Assembly: GCA_003427395.1 (NCBI GenBank)
Contig: BFEA01000001.1
Coordinates: forward strand, 8,509,301-8,573,300
Length of the DNA stretch: 64,000 nt
From: Chara braunii
Lineage: Eukaryota; Plantae; Charophyceae
Reading direction: 5' to 3'
Numbering within the stretch: the stretch's first letter is position 1; each line of letters begins with the position of its first letter. Made by a program: the position numbers and the translations under genes. Positions 1 to 14,411 of the stretch are shown in pieces. Under the pieces are notes generated by a model. It was given only the letters and a program-made list of their open reading frames with translations, was not told the origin of the DNA and did no database searches.

Positions 1-2639
1 CGGCCGGACCATCCGGGGAAATAGGCTGATCTGGGCGGTCCGGCTGGTAGCCTAGGATTTTATTATTATTATTATTATTTTTTTTGCTGGGACCTACCTT
101 AGCCCTTGCACGGCCGGGCCGTCCGGGCAAACAAGGTCACCCGGGCGGCCTGGCTGGTAGCCTAGGTTATTTCATTAATTTATGGCCTTTTCTTTTTTTT
201 TCTTTTTTTCCCTCCCAGTACTACCACCAGGTTCAATATTTCAAAGCTATCCGTGAGACCCCCCCGCCCCCCCCCCGACCCCTCCCCAAAAGAATCCCAA
301 TTGGTTTGGAGTCAGGTTCGAGTCAACGCCTGCCTCTGAGCATAAAGAAAAAACGGAAAAAAGAAAATAGGCCAACGCTTGCCACCTTGGGGACTACCGT
401 TGAAGTCCCACTTACACGGACTATTCGATACATTTGTCATCGACCTCCGCTATCCACGGCCAAGGTTCGAGTCAACACCTTGGTAGCTCCACGTCATATA
501 TGTAATCTGGAGCTGGCAATGTTCGCGATCCATCCAAGTGCTGTGTCACTGCACTACTCTCGAAATGTGCAAAACGAGAGTGAATCTTCCGCTAGAATAT
601 GGAAAGATGCACCGCCATGATTTTTGTCTTTTGTGCATGTCGAGAGCAGTGCAGCGAGGCCCTGTATCTGGTCCAAACAGCAGCCCACATACAGTCCCCG
701 GATCTTGGATTGTTCCACAGTGTGAGAATTCGGAGGACCACGATTCATAGGGGTTCCCAGCAAATAGACCAGTAGTAAGAGAACTTTGCAGCTCTCGCGC
801 CAAGGTCTCCAAGACAAAAGCTGGGGCGAAGGACGAATCCCCGCACTGGCGCAGCCAGCATATTGGCGTGGACGCCTGCACCGTGGAAAAAGATTGTGCA
901 CCTTGCCGCATGCATCGTAAACATACATTCTGACACATGTTATATCTTCAAAACTAAGAAGGGCTACCATGCGGCTTCACCCTACATGTTTAGGTGCCAA
1001 TGGCTTCAGCGGAATCCGTGCCCCGATGAAACAGTTTGTCACAGCCCCTCGTTTGTTTGTTGTCCTCTTCTCTCCCTCCCTCTCTGCCCCTACGGTTTAC
1101 CGGGGAGTTCTAATTGACGATATATTTATTTATAAAATGTCCTCTTTCTCCCTCTCTGCCTACGGTTTATCGGGCAGCTCTGTTTGACGATAGGCAGCTC
1201 TGTTTGACGATATATATAATTCTTTATTCATATTTAATTAATTAATTCAGTTCATTTTTTCTTTCAATTTATTTTTCTTTGTTTTCTTTCTGTTTTCCTT
1301 TCGCTTTTGCGCTCTGATAACTTTGTGACAATACATACCAACAGAGACGGGCAGATTAGGAGAACGGTGAGAGAAAGACGAAAAGCACAAAGGAGAGGGA
1401 GAACTGAAAAACAAATATTGAATATCTACAGCAGAGCTAGGCCCATTGGCCGTGGATGTATCGGGATCATTAACAGCTCCAGGTACATTTTTTGAAATGT
1501 TATGCAGTGGAGCTTGGCCAATCTCTGTTTGAACGACGCCATGCAGCGTTAACTGGATTCTTTTGTTCCAAAAATGATTGGACGCTCTGGTTCGACCAAG
1601 ATAGATTCCCACTGATCCGACACTCACTTGGATGCATCTCTATAAAACTATGTTATGCATAAAAATAAGATGAACGACTTTTGCCTGCGGGTCACATCGA
1701 AATTCTTTACCAAAATAAAAGTATAAAATGACAGCTAAAAAAAATTGTATATTTTTAATTTATTATTATTATTATTTTTGGCCCTGGCCGGGCAAGTGGT
1801 CCCGGGCCACTCTGGTAGCCTAGGAATTAACCCATTACTCCCCTGTGCTCCTGGGGTTTGGTTTCGCCACCATCTTTCCCCGTTGATCATGACTGTATCA
1901 AACCGGAAAGACGGCTTGTATACATCATGAAGATGGTGCGTTGTGTTGGGGGAAGATGGTAGGCAGCGGGGTGGAGACTTCATAGCACCTGGAATGATGG
2001 AACGCAGAAAATGGAAACCTTACTTTTCGGGACATCCGGATGAAGGTGGTCCCACTAGCGAACAGGATTGAATTTAACGCCTAACTCTTGAGGTGTTCCT
2101 GGAGGTGCAGAAAATTGCGATTTCATGTTGTTTCTGCAGATGCTTAATCCAATCCTCTTTGCTAGTGGGACCTAGCCCTCCCCTACCCCGCCCCCCCCCC
2201 AAAAAAAAAAAACAAATTGAACCATGCACAAGATTAGCATGGCCTTTAAGGAAAAAAAAAACAGATGAACAAAGAGTAGTCAGAATTAGGGTAAAGGGAA
2301 TATGTGAGGACCTTGGCGGGGGCCGCGCGAAAAAGTGCGCTAATGGTGAAATGGCGATAGCGGCGGTGGCGCTGCCTGGTTGCCTGCTGCGGCTGAGTAG
2401 AGCGCAATGTTTGAATGTGTGGACGCTGATCCTTCCCACGAGGCGCCTATCCTGCCCGGCACCATAGCTGTGTGAGAGCTATGGTGGAAAGTGTCTTGGC
2501 TAGCCTCTCCCTTGAGTGGGTTACGGAGTGCCTTTGCGCTCTTATGCCAGGGCACCCTGGCAGCCTTCTTCCTGACCTCTATACCATATCAAACCTAATA
2601 GACCGTCATATCCTTTATACCTGATAAGATCTCAAGACC

Positions 2640-4330
2640 AAAGGAGATGTCCTCCCTCAAGCCTTCAGCTCGAAGGGGGGCTCCTTTCTCACCACCTAAT
2701 GGGCGCTTGGTCCCAAGGGATGCGCCATCATTCTCAGCAATGTCTGCCCGTGGAGATATTGGGGCTGGAACTGTGAGCTATTGCATGGAGGTTGCAGACT
2801 AATGTCATGCGTCGAAGGCGCTGTCGATAAGGGCGCTGCAAGCAGGAGTGGGAGTACCACTGGTGGCGGTGGGAGTGAGATCGATGATACGAAGGGCGCA
2901 CATGTGACTCTACCTCCTCGAACCATAACAATAGAGTTCCGGCAGTAGCTCCAATGAGCTTCTTCACATGGTAGTAAAGCATCAAAGATATCTTCAGGAG
3001 AAGGAAGGATGGTGGATCCATCTTATGGCACGCGAGATAGATAAATCTGGCTTTCAGACCAGCAGTCCTAGAAGTCCTAGTCGTTCCTTCGCTAGATCTT
3101 GGTGGTCTGTATTGTGTTCTATACTGAGCAGATGTTGAGTTCAATGGGTGAAGATGGCTGATTCGCATTTGTACCGGCGTGGAGATGGGATGGCAGGCTT
3201 CTAGAGAAAAATAGTGGCCAAGCTACTTCAGCAGACAAGGCGGCACCAGGTGTAGTCAAAGTCTGCCTTACCCAGATGGTAACTAACGAAGTACATATAT
3301 TTAGCCACACTCTTTGTCTAGATTTCCCCCCTTTTATGTAGATTTGCCCCTTTTTGAAGCCTTCTGCCATACCGTGATATGCATCCAGATATACGTTTAG
3401 GGTAAATTCATTAATTCTGTGAGTCTTTCTGCACAAGCTGTATGCATCTAGCCACACTTTTAGGCTAGATTCATTAATTTGGAAGGCTTCTTCTGCTTGA
3501 AGTTGGAAATGTATACCGCTGATGGATTCGGTTGTAATCGCGAGCCGGATCGATTTCCCTACAATTTGCGCATTTACCTCTTGTCCTGTTTGCAAATCTT
3601 GCTCCGTTTTCATTCATTGTGACCTTCATCGGCCGCTGCGAATGGTTGCATTCAAGATCGCTCCTAGACTCTATGTAGTCGAAGGGAGAGTAGTGTTTGC
3701 AGACGGTCAACCAGGCAGTGGATCTAGTCAGTATTAGGAAGGGCTAGGCAGTGTTTGCAGACGGTCAACCAGGCAGTGGATCTCGTCAATATTAGGAAGG
3801 GCTAGGCAGTCTGCTCACAGGGACATCGAACTTTTTTAGTTTTAAAAAGTGGTCGCTTGTCAAGAGCAGGAAACAGTGACCCAGGGTCACCCATGCCTGG
3901 AGTGTCGTGGGGAGTGTCCTATGCTCGACCCATCCTGGAAACCCTGCTCATATTTTCACAACTCACATATCAGGGAATAGACCTTGACTGGGCATGTGAG
4001 GACCTGAAGCCCTATGGATGGCGGCACCATCATTGGGAGTGGGAGACTCGTTGGCGGCGCTGGGGACGTTTTCCCTGGTGGGGAGGGTGTAAAACACTGT
4101 CCCAGCCACAGCCTACTAAGACATATTGAAGTTTAATTCCTAAGGGCGGTTTGTTCTTCACAATCAGGAAACAGTGACACAGGGTCATCCATGCCTTGAA
4201 TGGCATGGGGAGTGTCCTTCTTGACTCTGTGCCATCCTGGCAAGCCCTGCACGTATCTTCCCCACTCATATACTCTGTGGGCGCGTTTATCCACCTCTTC
4301 CTTCCTTGAACTCTCTCCAACTCTCTGCAT
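2640..4330 (-). mobile_element. Heavily degraded coding remnant, possibly a LINE ORF2
   Basis: Fragmented Trp-rich frames and a ~100-bp internal duplication (about 3868-3968 / 4166-4270). No diagnostic RT motif seen. Confidence 0.3.
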
Positions 4331-4375
4331 GTGGCCGTTCTGTTGGCTGCGTTCGTCCTTCGTCGCCGAGATTAA

Positions 4376-5483
<1,108 letters not shown>

Positions 5484-5547
5484 TTAACATGTTCCGTTCC
5501 ACTAATTCGGCAGTATCGAAGAATTTGCCATGCATTTAGTTGCAACG

Positions 5548-5778
5548 GAGGGTCGATTTATAACTCGTTAATTTCGTCAGGCATTCTCATAGGCCAGACT
5601 TGCTGTCTATAGCTTTATAACTCGTTAATTTCGTCAAGCATTCTCATAGGCCAGACTTGCTGTCTATAGCTCACAGCTCATCATCTATTTAGTCGTAATG
5701 GAGGGTCGATTTATAACTCGTTAATTTCTTCAAGCATTCTCATAGGCCAGACTTGTTGTCTTTAGCTCATAGCTCATC
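5548..5778 (+). repeat. Three-copy ~60-bp tandem repeat
   Basis: TTTATAACTCGTTAATTTC.TCA.GCATTCTCATAGGCCAGACTTG.TGTCT.TAGCT x3. Confidence 0.85.
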
Positions 5779-6535
5779 GCCACCTCTGGTATTTACGGAC
5801 ATGGGCCGTAGACGGCCAGTTGGCAACGATCTCGCAGGATGGGAAATTTATGATTTGTCCTTGGCTACTCCCTCGCTCTAGAGGGCAAGTTACTCCATGA
5901 CTCGGAGCGACAGATACGCTACTCTTGAAAAGTTGTTTCTGCTCTGCCCAATTAGGCAGGCTTCTGTAATTTTTCTGTAGTTTTTCTGTATTTTTTCTGT
6001 AGTTTTTCTGTAATTCTTGAGCTAGGGTCCACTTCAGGTGACCAGGTGGGAAAGGTAGTTTTAGTTTAGTCTGAATCTAGGTAATATGAGTTGGAATTGG
6101 GAGCCTGGGGCTTCTGGCTGGAGGCCACCCCTGTTGGATAAGGATCAATTTGGTAGATTGAATTTGTGGGCTTCAAGTTTGCTTTGGAAGCATTGTCATT
6201 TTAAGGTATGGGACGCTCGACCCTGTTTCCAGCACAAGCCTAAGCTGGGTAATGGCCGTAGATATTTTCCGGGTTGTTTGTCGAGGATTCCCGGGCCTCT
6301 CCTTCCATTTATAATACAAGGGCACAATTCTGTTCCAAAGAGAAGAAAAAAAGGGAATATGTTGGTGCCGTTGGCCAGTCACAAAAAGAAAAAAGAAAAC
6401 AGAAAATGTGATGCTCCATGCCGTCGTTTCACTGACCCATTTAGGATTTCTTTTCCCCCTTTTTTTTCTCGATTTAGGTAGTTAGTATGCATAGTACTGT
6501 CCAATGAAGAGGCATTCTAAGGCGTAGTCCCACTA

Positions 6536-6640
6536 CAGTCTTCCCCCGAATACAACGTGCGGTTATTATAGCTGAATTTGGGGCATCTTTCAGTCTAAAA
6601 TCAGCTATAATGACCGTACGTTGTATTCGGGGGAAGACTG
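6536..6640. mobile_element. 105-bp hairpin MITE, TA-flanked (Tc1/mariner-pogo-like)
   Basis: TA|CAGTCTTCCCCCGAATACAACG...CGTTGTATTCGGGGGAAGACTG|TA. Confidence 0.88.
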
Positions 6641-7394
6641 TAGCAAAGTCGATGATTAAGCACCAGAATCTGGATGGGTTCTTAGCGGAGATGCAGACAA
6701 GCAGATCAATCGCGGTCTTCTGCATCTATACTCTAACGTCTACATTCAGGCGGTAAAAAAATCCAATCCTCTGTGCTACATTAGTGGGGACCTCGCCCCT
6801 GATGTTCTTAACGAGTTTTCAGTTGGAACTAACAAAAGAAAAGAAAAGGGAAAAAAAGAAAAGGAAAGAAAAGGAAAGAAAAGAAAAGAAAAGAAAAGAG
6901 GCAATCCATACAACAGTGTGATGGGGGTTACATTTCCATGCACTTTTGTTGTAAGTGTATTAGAAACATAGACTTCTGAATTTTTTTGGCACTGAACGAC
7001 TGAAGCGTCGTAACAGTGCACCAGGAACCTTTCTCTCCCAAACATATGTGGAGAGGGACAAGGAAAAACATTAAGTTGTATTGATCTGGTTGCATCAGAA
7101 TTCGAACTCGTGACCTGTTTATGAACGTTGCAGGTTGTGCACCTTTGAACCACATGGGCTGATAAAAAAAAAAAAAGTTGAAGAACCAATTATGTGAAAA
7201 AAAGAAAAAAAGAAAACTAAAGGCCATTAAACAACGCTTAAAGAACAAGACAGAGGGGCTCATTCGATACCCCACTCGAAAGCCCTTGAGTTTCAAGCGC
7301 GCTCTAGATAAACGAAAGTTTTGATTACTGGTCCCTGACCCCTGTTTTTGTTCCACGTGCCCTTTGAAGGGATCCTTGAAACGGCTGCACACCA

Positions 7395-7560
7395 ACTGGT
7401 CTAGCTCAGTTGCTTCACCCCCTAAACTGCTGTTCAAATACAGACCTGAGTTCGAACTCCACTGGAAGCAGATGATTCAAATACTCCAATTCTGAATTAC
7501 CTACCTAGGGCTGGTCAGTCCGGTGATTATATGACCTCAAGGCCGTCGCCCTTTCCTTTT
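7395..7560 (+). mobile_element. tRNA-derived SINE (T-rich tail)
   Basis: A-box TAGCTCAGTTG, B-box GAGTTCGAACTC, and a conserved body ending CTCAAGGCCGTCGCCC-TTT. Confidence 0.75.
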
Positions 7561-7601
7561 CTCCTCCCTTCCCTCCCTCTCTTCCTTTCCTTTCTTCTTT
7601 T

Positions 7602-7760
7602 AAAAGGGCGATGGCCTTGAGATATCATCTTTGAACTGACCAGCCCCAGGTAAACTCAAGAGTTATTCTCACTCGTCAGATTCCATTGGAACCCGAACTC
7701 AGGTCTGCATTTCAACAGTTTGTAGGTGTACCAACTGAGCTAGGCCAGTTGGTGCGGTTG
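7602..7760 (-). mobile_element. SINE copy, tail-to-tail with 7395-7560
   Basis: Reverse complement of the same head (CCTAGCTCAGTTGGTACACC...CAGACCTGAGTTCG) and body. Confidence 0.75.
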
Positions 7761-7769
7761 CCCTTTTAA

Positions 7770-7920
7770 ACCACCAGTACTTGGCCCAGCTATCGGCCGC
7801 GGAAAAAAATAGAGTAGAAACGTTTCTAGTTGGATGAATTTGGGCGCTCCTGTAGTGGCCCGTACATTTCCTAAAATTGCGTAGCGTTAACGCTACGCGA
7901 CTTTAGGAAGTACCGGTGGT
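7770..7920. mobile_element. Short TTAA-flanked MITE, same TIR family
   Basis: TTAA|ACCACCAGTACTT...AAGTACCGGTGGT|TTAA. Confidence 0.8.
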
Positions 7921-8708
7921 TTAAAGAGAAAGTTGCAGTAGAATAATTTTTTGGTTCTCGAGTCCTTTGAAATGGCTGTGCTATAAGAAATTTTCATTTG
8001 GTGAGTGGCGTGGCGAGACTGTGTGTGTTTTAGGTGATCTTGATCAGTGCGGCAAGTTTCCGCCCTTGAAATTCAAGGCACCTAAGGGCCTCGCTGGACC
8101 GCAAAACAGAAAATGAAACGAGTGAATCTTTCCACATATGATGGAAGGATTCATCCATGTACTAACAAATGTATTTGGCCACCGTCTGTGGGCTGATGCA
8201 CGTTGTTATTTTGTGTGCCCTTGAGACTCTTGGAGGTCCCTGGAGTTCAAGAAAAGGTTTTGCAGCTGGCCTCCCTTTGAATAGTTGTGACGACATTACG
8301 GAGGGGGGGGGGGGTGGTAATGAGGCTTCAGTTTCGAGGGTTTTCATGTGCTATGGAACGAGCCCGAAGCTCGTATGAAAAAAAAACAAAACCAAACAAG
8401 GAAAAAGGGAAAGAAAATAGGGAGGAACCTTGGGAACACATCTTTTTTTTTTTTTTTTTTTTTTCCTGAATGGCGACACCCTGGAGATCTCATCATGCTT
8501 GAACTGACCGGCCACAGGTACCTCAGAGAGTCTTGAGTTATTTTTCTCATCTGATTCCATCAGGACTAGAAGTGTATTCTTATTCTGATTGACTGCAGAA
8601 CGACTGACAATCATGGGCCGTCCAGCCATTACCTGTCCAGCTGATCGAGGGGCTCGTCCCGTGTAGTAACCCGTGACTCAGGTGCCGCACAGGGGCATGA
8701 TACACTCA

Positions 8709-8885
8709 TTAGCTCAGCTGCCACGGCCATGATCTGTTGAAATGCAGACCTGTGTTCGAATCCCGATAGAACCTGATTAATAAAATGAAATGTTTCTGAA
8801 TTACCTGGGGCCGGTCTGTTCGACCATGACACCTCAAGGCTGTTGCCCTCTTGAAAGAAGAAAGAAAAGAAAAGAAAAGAAAAGG
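8709..8885 (+). mobile_element. SINE copy; an inverted partial copy lies at about 8470-8565
   Basis: TAGCTCAG...CAGACCTGTGTTCGAATCC...CTGAATTACCTGGGGCCGGTC...CTCAAGGCTGTTGCCC. Confidence 0.72.
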
Positions 8886-9805
8886 CAATAATGATATGTC
8901 CACCTGTGTGGCTACTACCATCTTGCCCCCAACACAACTATGCTTTTGGCCCGAACACAACGAGCCCTCATTACGAATGTGTCCAAACCATGTTTCCAGT
9001 ACGATGGAGTCATGAGGGAGCGGTGTGGGGGAGGGGGGTGTTAGATGTGGTTGTAGGAAGAGGGAGGTGGAACCATAGCCCTGGGATTGGGTTTGTTCAC
9101 CTTTCCATAGCCCTGGGATCGGGATTATGCTAAACCCCCTTTACACAGGGGCTCGGGTTTGTTCAGCTTTCCATATCCCTGGGATTGGGATGGTGCAAAA
9201 ACCCCTTCAGACAGGGGCTTGGGTTTGTTCAGCACACTGGGGCACCACCACTGCCCCCATGCTATTTGAATAACCTGCGCTTCTTTTTTTTCTTTTTTTT
9301 TTTTCTCTTTTTTTTTTTTTCTCTGAGCCTGGCTCACCCAACGAAAAGGTTGTGGGCTTATCAGTAGCAGCAGGTAGAAAAGAATCCATGTTTCTGCTGG
9401 CGGTAATTTTCTGCCATGCGAATTTTTTTGTTTCTTTTTTCTATATACTTTTTCTCAAACAGATCAGCATTCAATCTACGTCCCTGAGGGTTTTTAGTTG
9501 TTTTGGGTCTGATGTTCTTAGCACCAGGGACGTGGTCCCACTAACAAAGGGGATAGGATAGCAATCCTGAATCTGGCCATGTTTTATGCAGAGATCCAGA
9601 AAAGCAGTTCGATCTCGATTTCCTGCTCCTGTCCTCGAACACGTCCAGATTCAGGCATTCAATTCGACGCTCATTGCTAATGGGACCATGGCCCAGGGGA
9701 ACAAATGTTCGGGTTTGTCCGGCAATGCCAGCTTGAACGCCGGAATGTCCGCCTCCCCTCCCCAAACATTTGGTTGAATGCCTGTTCTTGATTTTTTCCC
9801 CTTAA

Positions 9806-10110
9806 ACCACCACTACCTCCGAGCCTGTTTTTTCCGACCCTGATTTTCACTGCGCACCGAGTTTGCCAAGCCTGGGTTCCGTTTTGTTTCTTTCCTGGTA
9901 CTCTGCTGAAAAACAAAAAAGGAAACAACGGCGGACGCGGGATGTTTTGAGTTCCTAAAGGCACGAAAAACAGGCCTTCGGCGACTGTGTCAGGGCCTGA
10001 GTTTGAAAAGGCGTTCGTAACTCAGGCCGGGAGTGGTGTCAGGGCGGAGGTTTCGTTAAGGCCTTTTTTTTTTTTTCCCCCGGTCGGTCTTGCTTCACAT
10101 CTGCAAGGAG

Positions 10111-10149
<39 letters not shown>

Positions 10150-11271
10150 CCGGCCCGGGGGGGGGTGGCCCGACTGACCGAAAAAAAAAAAAAAAAAACG
10201 TGGCGCGACTTGGCACGACCGACCGAAAAAAAAAAAAGACACAACCACCTTAAACCACCAGTACCTGGCCCAGCTATCGGCTGCGGCGCTTCCCATATAC
10301 GCGCCGCGCCATTTGGGCTTCGGCCTGCCGGACCGCATTGGCTGGAGGCCGCAGGCAAAACGAAAAAGAAAATTGCGACGGCGGTTCGACAGGACTTGGC
10401 GCGCAGCATGCCGGGAGGCTCGGTTTCAATAGCTGAGCGAGGTACTGGTGGTTTAATGACGTTCTGCCCTGACACCATCGCCGGCCTGAGTTACGAACGC
10501 CTTTTCGAACTCAGGCCCTGACACAGACGCCGATGCCTGTTTTTTCTGCCCATTACCAACTCCCATGTGACATAAACGTACTTCCCCCCCCAAAAAAAAG
10601 AAAAGCATGGGTAGACTTTGAAACAAACTCCCATGTGACATAAACGTACTTCCCCCCCCCCAAAAAAAAAGCATGGGCAGACTTTGAAAAACAACCCGCT
10701 CGCAGCCGCAAAGACATTATTGAAAAAAAAAACACCCCTCTGGACGTGATACCAGGTAGATACCTAGGGCAAAGTCGTTGTGTGAGTATACCCTCAGCGA
10801 GGGCGTTATGGGTGTTATGGTAAGGGTGTCAGGTCCCTGGAAGAAGGAAAAGGACAAAAAAAATTGGAACTGAACTTCGGCCGGGAAAGCGGCTTCATAC
10901 ATTCTGGAAGTAATAGTGTGGGGATGCCTTCCATAGTGTGGGAATGCCCTCCTCCGCAAAGTGTCAGCAGCCCGTGGACCACGCCATGCCTCCCTGCCGG
11001 GGCACCAAAACTAGAAAAAGAACGAGAACAAGAAACTCAAACAATGAAAACCTGAAACTGGCCACTATAGTGGTTAGATACGAATGTGTGAGTTTTGGTG
11101 TGAACACGACTTGGTGCGCGGCCTTCCCCGACATGATCTTTTGTTTTTCTTTTTGTTTTTTGAAGGGGCCGACAAGGCCCGTCTGCCGAGCAACCCCCGG
11201 AAAGTTTGGAAAATGTGGGAAAATAGCCAGTTTTCCCATTTTTCCAAAGAGTGACAGAGGTAGTGGCGGTC
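9806..11271. mobile_element. Larger TTAA-flanked element containing nested insertions
   Basis: TTAA|ACCACCACTACCTC ... GAGGTAGTGGCGGTC|TTAA (imperfect TIR). Contains an inverted-repeat pair at 9966-10059 / 10453-10545. Confidence 0.6.
10254..10452. mobile_element. TTAA-flanked MITE, same family, nested in a larger element
   Basis: TTAA|ACCACCAGTACCTGGCCCAGCTAT...ATAGCTGAGCGAGGTACTGGTGGT|TTAA. Confidence 0.85.
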
Positions 11272-11581
11272 TTAATGTTGTTTTTCGTTTTTTTCTTTCA
11301 AGGTATCGTATAGTATTTATAAGCTTGAAGAAAGCGTAGATAGATGATAGGCGGAAGAAGGATTCCAACCCCGGCATGCGAATTATGATTCCGCAGCTCT
11401 AGAGGGGTGTTCTTCCTCCTCCCCATGTTCATTTTCCTGCTGAACCCCCCCCCCCCCCCCACAAAAAAAAAAATATGTGTGTGCGTGTGCGTGTGTGTGT
11501 GTGTGTGTAGATTGGTTAATCAATTGGTTGATATATTGATAGATTGATGAATGGATTGATTCTTCGATGGGTGAGCGCCTT

Positions 11582-11620
<39 letters not shown>

Positions 11621-14411
11621 AAGAGAATGAAGTCTGCAACCTCGCGGCTGGCTACTTCCATCGATTGGATGAGCAAAATCGAATGATCCAACCTCGCGGC
11701 TAGCTACTTCTGTCGATTGGATGAGCAAAATCGAATGAATCTTCCGCTAGAACATGGAAATATACTCTGCCTGGTTGCATCTGCCCGACAGCTGCCGGAC
11801 GAGACATTCTGCAATCGACGGTGCGGCATGAAACAAACCCGCAGCAAAAAGGGACCCTGTTCATAAAGCCGCACCAACACCAACTGTACCAAGCGCCCCC
11901 GAAAAAAAAACGTAACGTGTGGGCCTGCCCACCCAAAAAGAAACGGTACGAAACGGGGCACTACGTCTGTCCCATCCAACCGATGTGCGGGCCTGGTTTT
12001 CCCTGGGCCAAGGGGAGGCGTCTTACGGGGTCCTGTCCTTCATAAAAGAATGAACCATAGTCGATATTTGAATCCTCCCCTTACAGCCAGCCACTCAAAG
12101 GGTCCACCATAGCCTTCTCATACCTTCCTCGTAGGTGGTTGAGCACATGTACAGTAGTGAAGCCTGCCTAGCACTACCCCAGGGTCTTCCTTGTAGGTGC
12201 CCATCCTCGACTGAGGCCTTCCAGGTGGAGCGCCAACCCCACCAGACCACCATAGCCATATATGCTCCCTGGTCACTCTCCTCCTTGCTCACCGTCTTCC
12301 TCCTCCTCCTCCTCCTCCTCCTTCCCCGGAGTCTCCTCCTTGATGCTCTCCACCATAGCCACGGTAGAGGGCCAAGCTCTTCACTCTTCCCGAAGATATG
12401 CCGGCCTACTGCCTCTTCCAGTGGTGACTTTCTGGGCTGTGCGGGTCAAGCTACTGGTACCTTCCCCGATTTGGAGGGAAACATCATTGCAGTTTGATAT
12501 CCCTCACTGCAGGCCGACTACTGGAGCGGCACCCCAAGACTTTAAGACAACCGGATTTCTAAAATTCTTTTGGCCTTAAAGGTACTAACTTTGTCTTCTT
12601 CCGCCTACCTACCTGCTACTCTAGTGTTCTCCATCCTATGCGGGCCTGGCCAACTTCTTGTACGCCATCCCCTTGGGTTGGCGCATGGTAAGGACGACAG
12701 ATACTGCCTGTACTACCCAAGGGATTCAGTCCATGGTTGTTGTGTGCTGGGGTTTAGGCTATGGGAGGTCTGCCTCATGTTCTTGGTCCATGGCTTGTTC
12801 TGATGATTGCTCCCTGTTGTCTCCGAGTCTCGTACAGCGCACAAAGAGACTAATTGACATTGTAGCTAAGTGGGTTTGATCTAGGGGCTGTTCAGAAGAG
12901 GTTGAAGGTTCGAATCTGATCAGGCCAGGCGGAGCTTATTGCACGGATGGAGTTGGGATGCAGGCAGGGATATTGTGGTGATCAGTTGAGTTGGTTAACT
13001 TAGGGCCTTGCTTTTCTTTGGGGGGGTTGGGGGGCTTTTGGGGGGGGAGGGGGGGGAGGAGGCGGTGGGGGGCAGGGTCGTAGGTGGGATGGTAGGGAGG
13101 TCCCGTTAGTGGGGGGGATTAGGTAGGAGAGTACTGAGGTAGGGCCTCCCTGGGGGATAGACCAGAATAGGCCCAGTCGATGGTAGAGGTAAGAGGAACG
13201 GATGGTGGCCTAGTACGTACCAATGACTGAGACCGATGCTGCTCTGGGCGAGGACTCTTGGGGGGGGATCTGGCAGTAGGGGTTGTCTTAGGGGTAGATA
13301 ATGGTGGGATAACCTGCTTCCTACGTCGATGATGGAGGTAAGAGGAACGGATGATGGCCTAGTACGTACTGGTGATGGAAACTGGGCCTGCTCTGGGTGA
13401 TGACAAATTACAACATAGCGGCTGGAGGGTCTAGTTAATGACCGAGTTAAGGGGACGGATGATGGCCGTAAACCCAGCAATGACAGTGGGTGGCGTACCT
13501 CCAAATGGCTTACAACCAACAATGGTCAGAATAACAATAGTACAACCAGAACAATGTGACCACAAANNNNNNNNNNNNNNNNNNNNNNNNNNNNNNNNNN
13601 NNNNNNNNNNNNNNNNNNNNNNNNNNNNNNNNNNNNNNNNNNNNNNNNNNNNNNNNNNNNNNNNNNNNNNNNNNNNNNNNNNNNNNNNNNNNNNNNNNNN
13701 NNNNNNNNNNNNNNNNNNNNNNNNNNNNNNNNCAATAGTACAACCAGAACAATGTGACCACAGAGGGGTCTAGGGGGATGTCTATAGGTAGAGGGGCGGA
13801 TGGTGGCTGTAGATCTACTGATAATAGGCTATAACCTCTAGGTTGCAATTACAAAAACAGCGATACATATAATGAACAATACAACACAAGGCACAAGTGG
13901 AACAATAAATAAACATGGTGGGAGGCATGGGTCCACCTATGGGTCTTGTAGAAGAACCTCTATGCCTAGCGCTCGAAGTTCTGGAACGACAAGGCTGTGT
14001 GAGTATGTTTCAATCAGGGCTGAGCTGGGTATGTCTTACTTAGCCCTGGTGCCTACAACTGCTGTCCGGTCAGGTCACCCCTGTAGAGATGATAGGAAGG
14101 TGATAATCCTGAGTGGTAGACACTGAGGTAGGGTTGTGGGAGTAGGAGTGTGGCAGGGAGAAAATAACGAGAGTGAAAGGCGGAGAGAGAGAGTCTCATA
14201 AGGAATAGACCCCTCTACAGACCATCTGGATAACCAAGTGGCTGACTACTGAAGTTGACTGTCATACGTCTAGCATCCAACCTTTGCAACAACCTGGACT
14301 TCACCAAAAAAAAAAAGAAAAGAAAGAAAGAAAGAAAAGAAAATGCTCAGCCTTGTGCCTAAATGGTACATTACTACATGCACGCAGCTGTTTCTAAACA
14401 GAGGATGGACT

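Noticed and set aside
1247-2140. Possible minus-strand exons (GTGAGT and GTAAGG donor-like sites)
   Set aside because: I could not assemble an open, recognisable reading frame, and the region overlaps dispersed repeats.
13530-13762. Identical sequence on both sides of an N-gap (also 16967-17110)
   Set aside because: Most likely unmerged contig overlap or a collapsed repeat, not a biological direct repeat.
11950-14160. Possible LINE ORF1/5' remnant (also 23400-24300 and 43900-45420)
   Set aside because: The composition is suggestive, but no diagnostic motif could be read in any frame.
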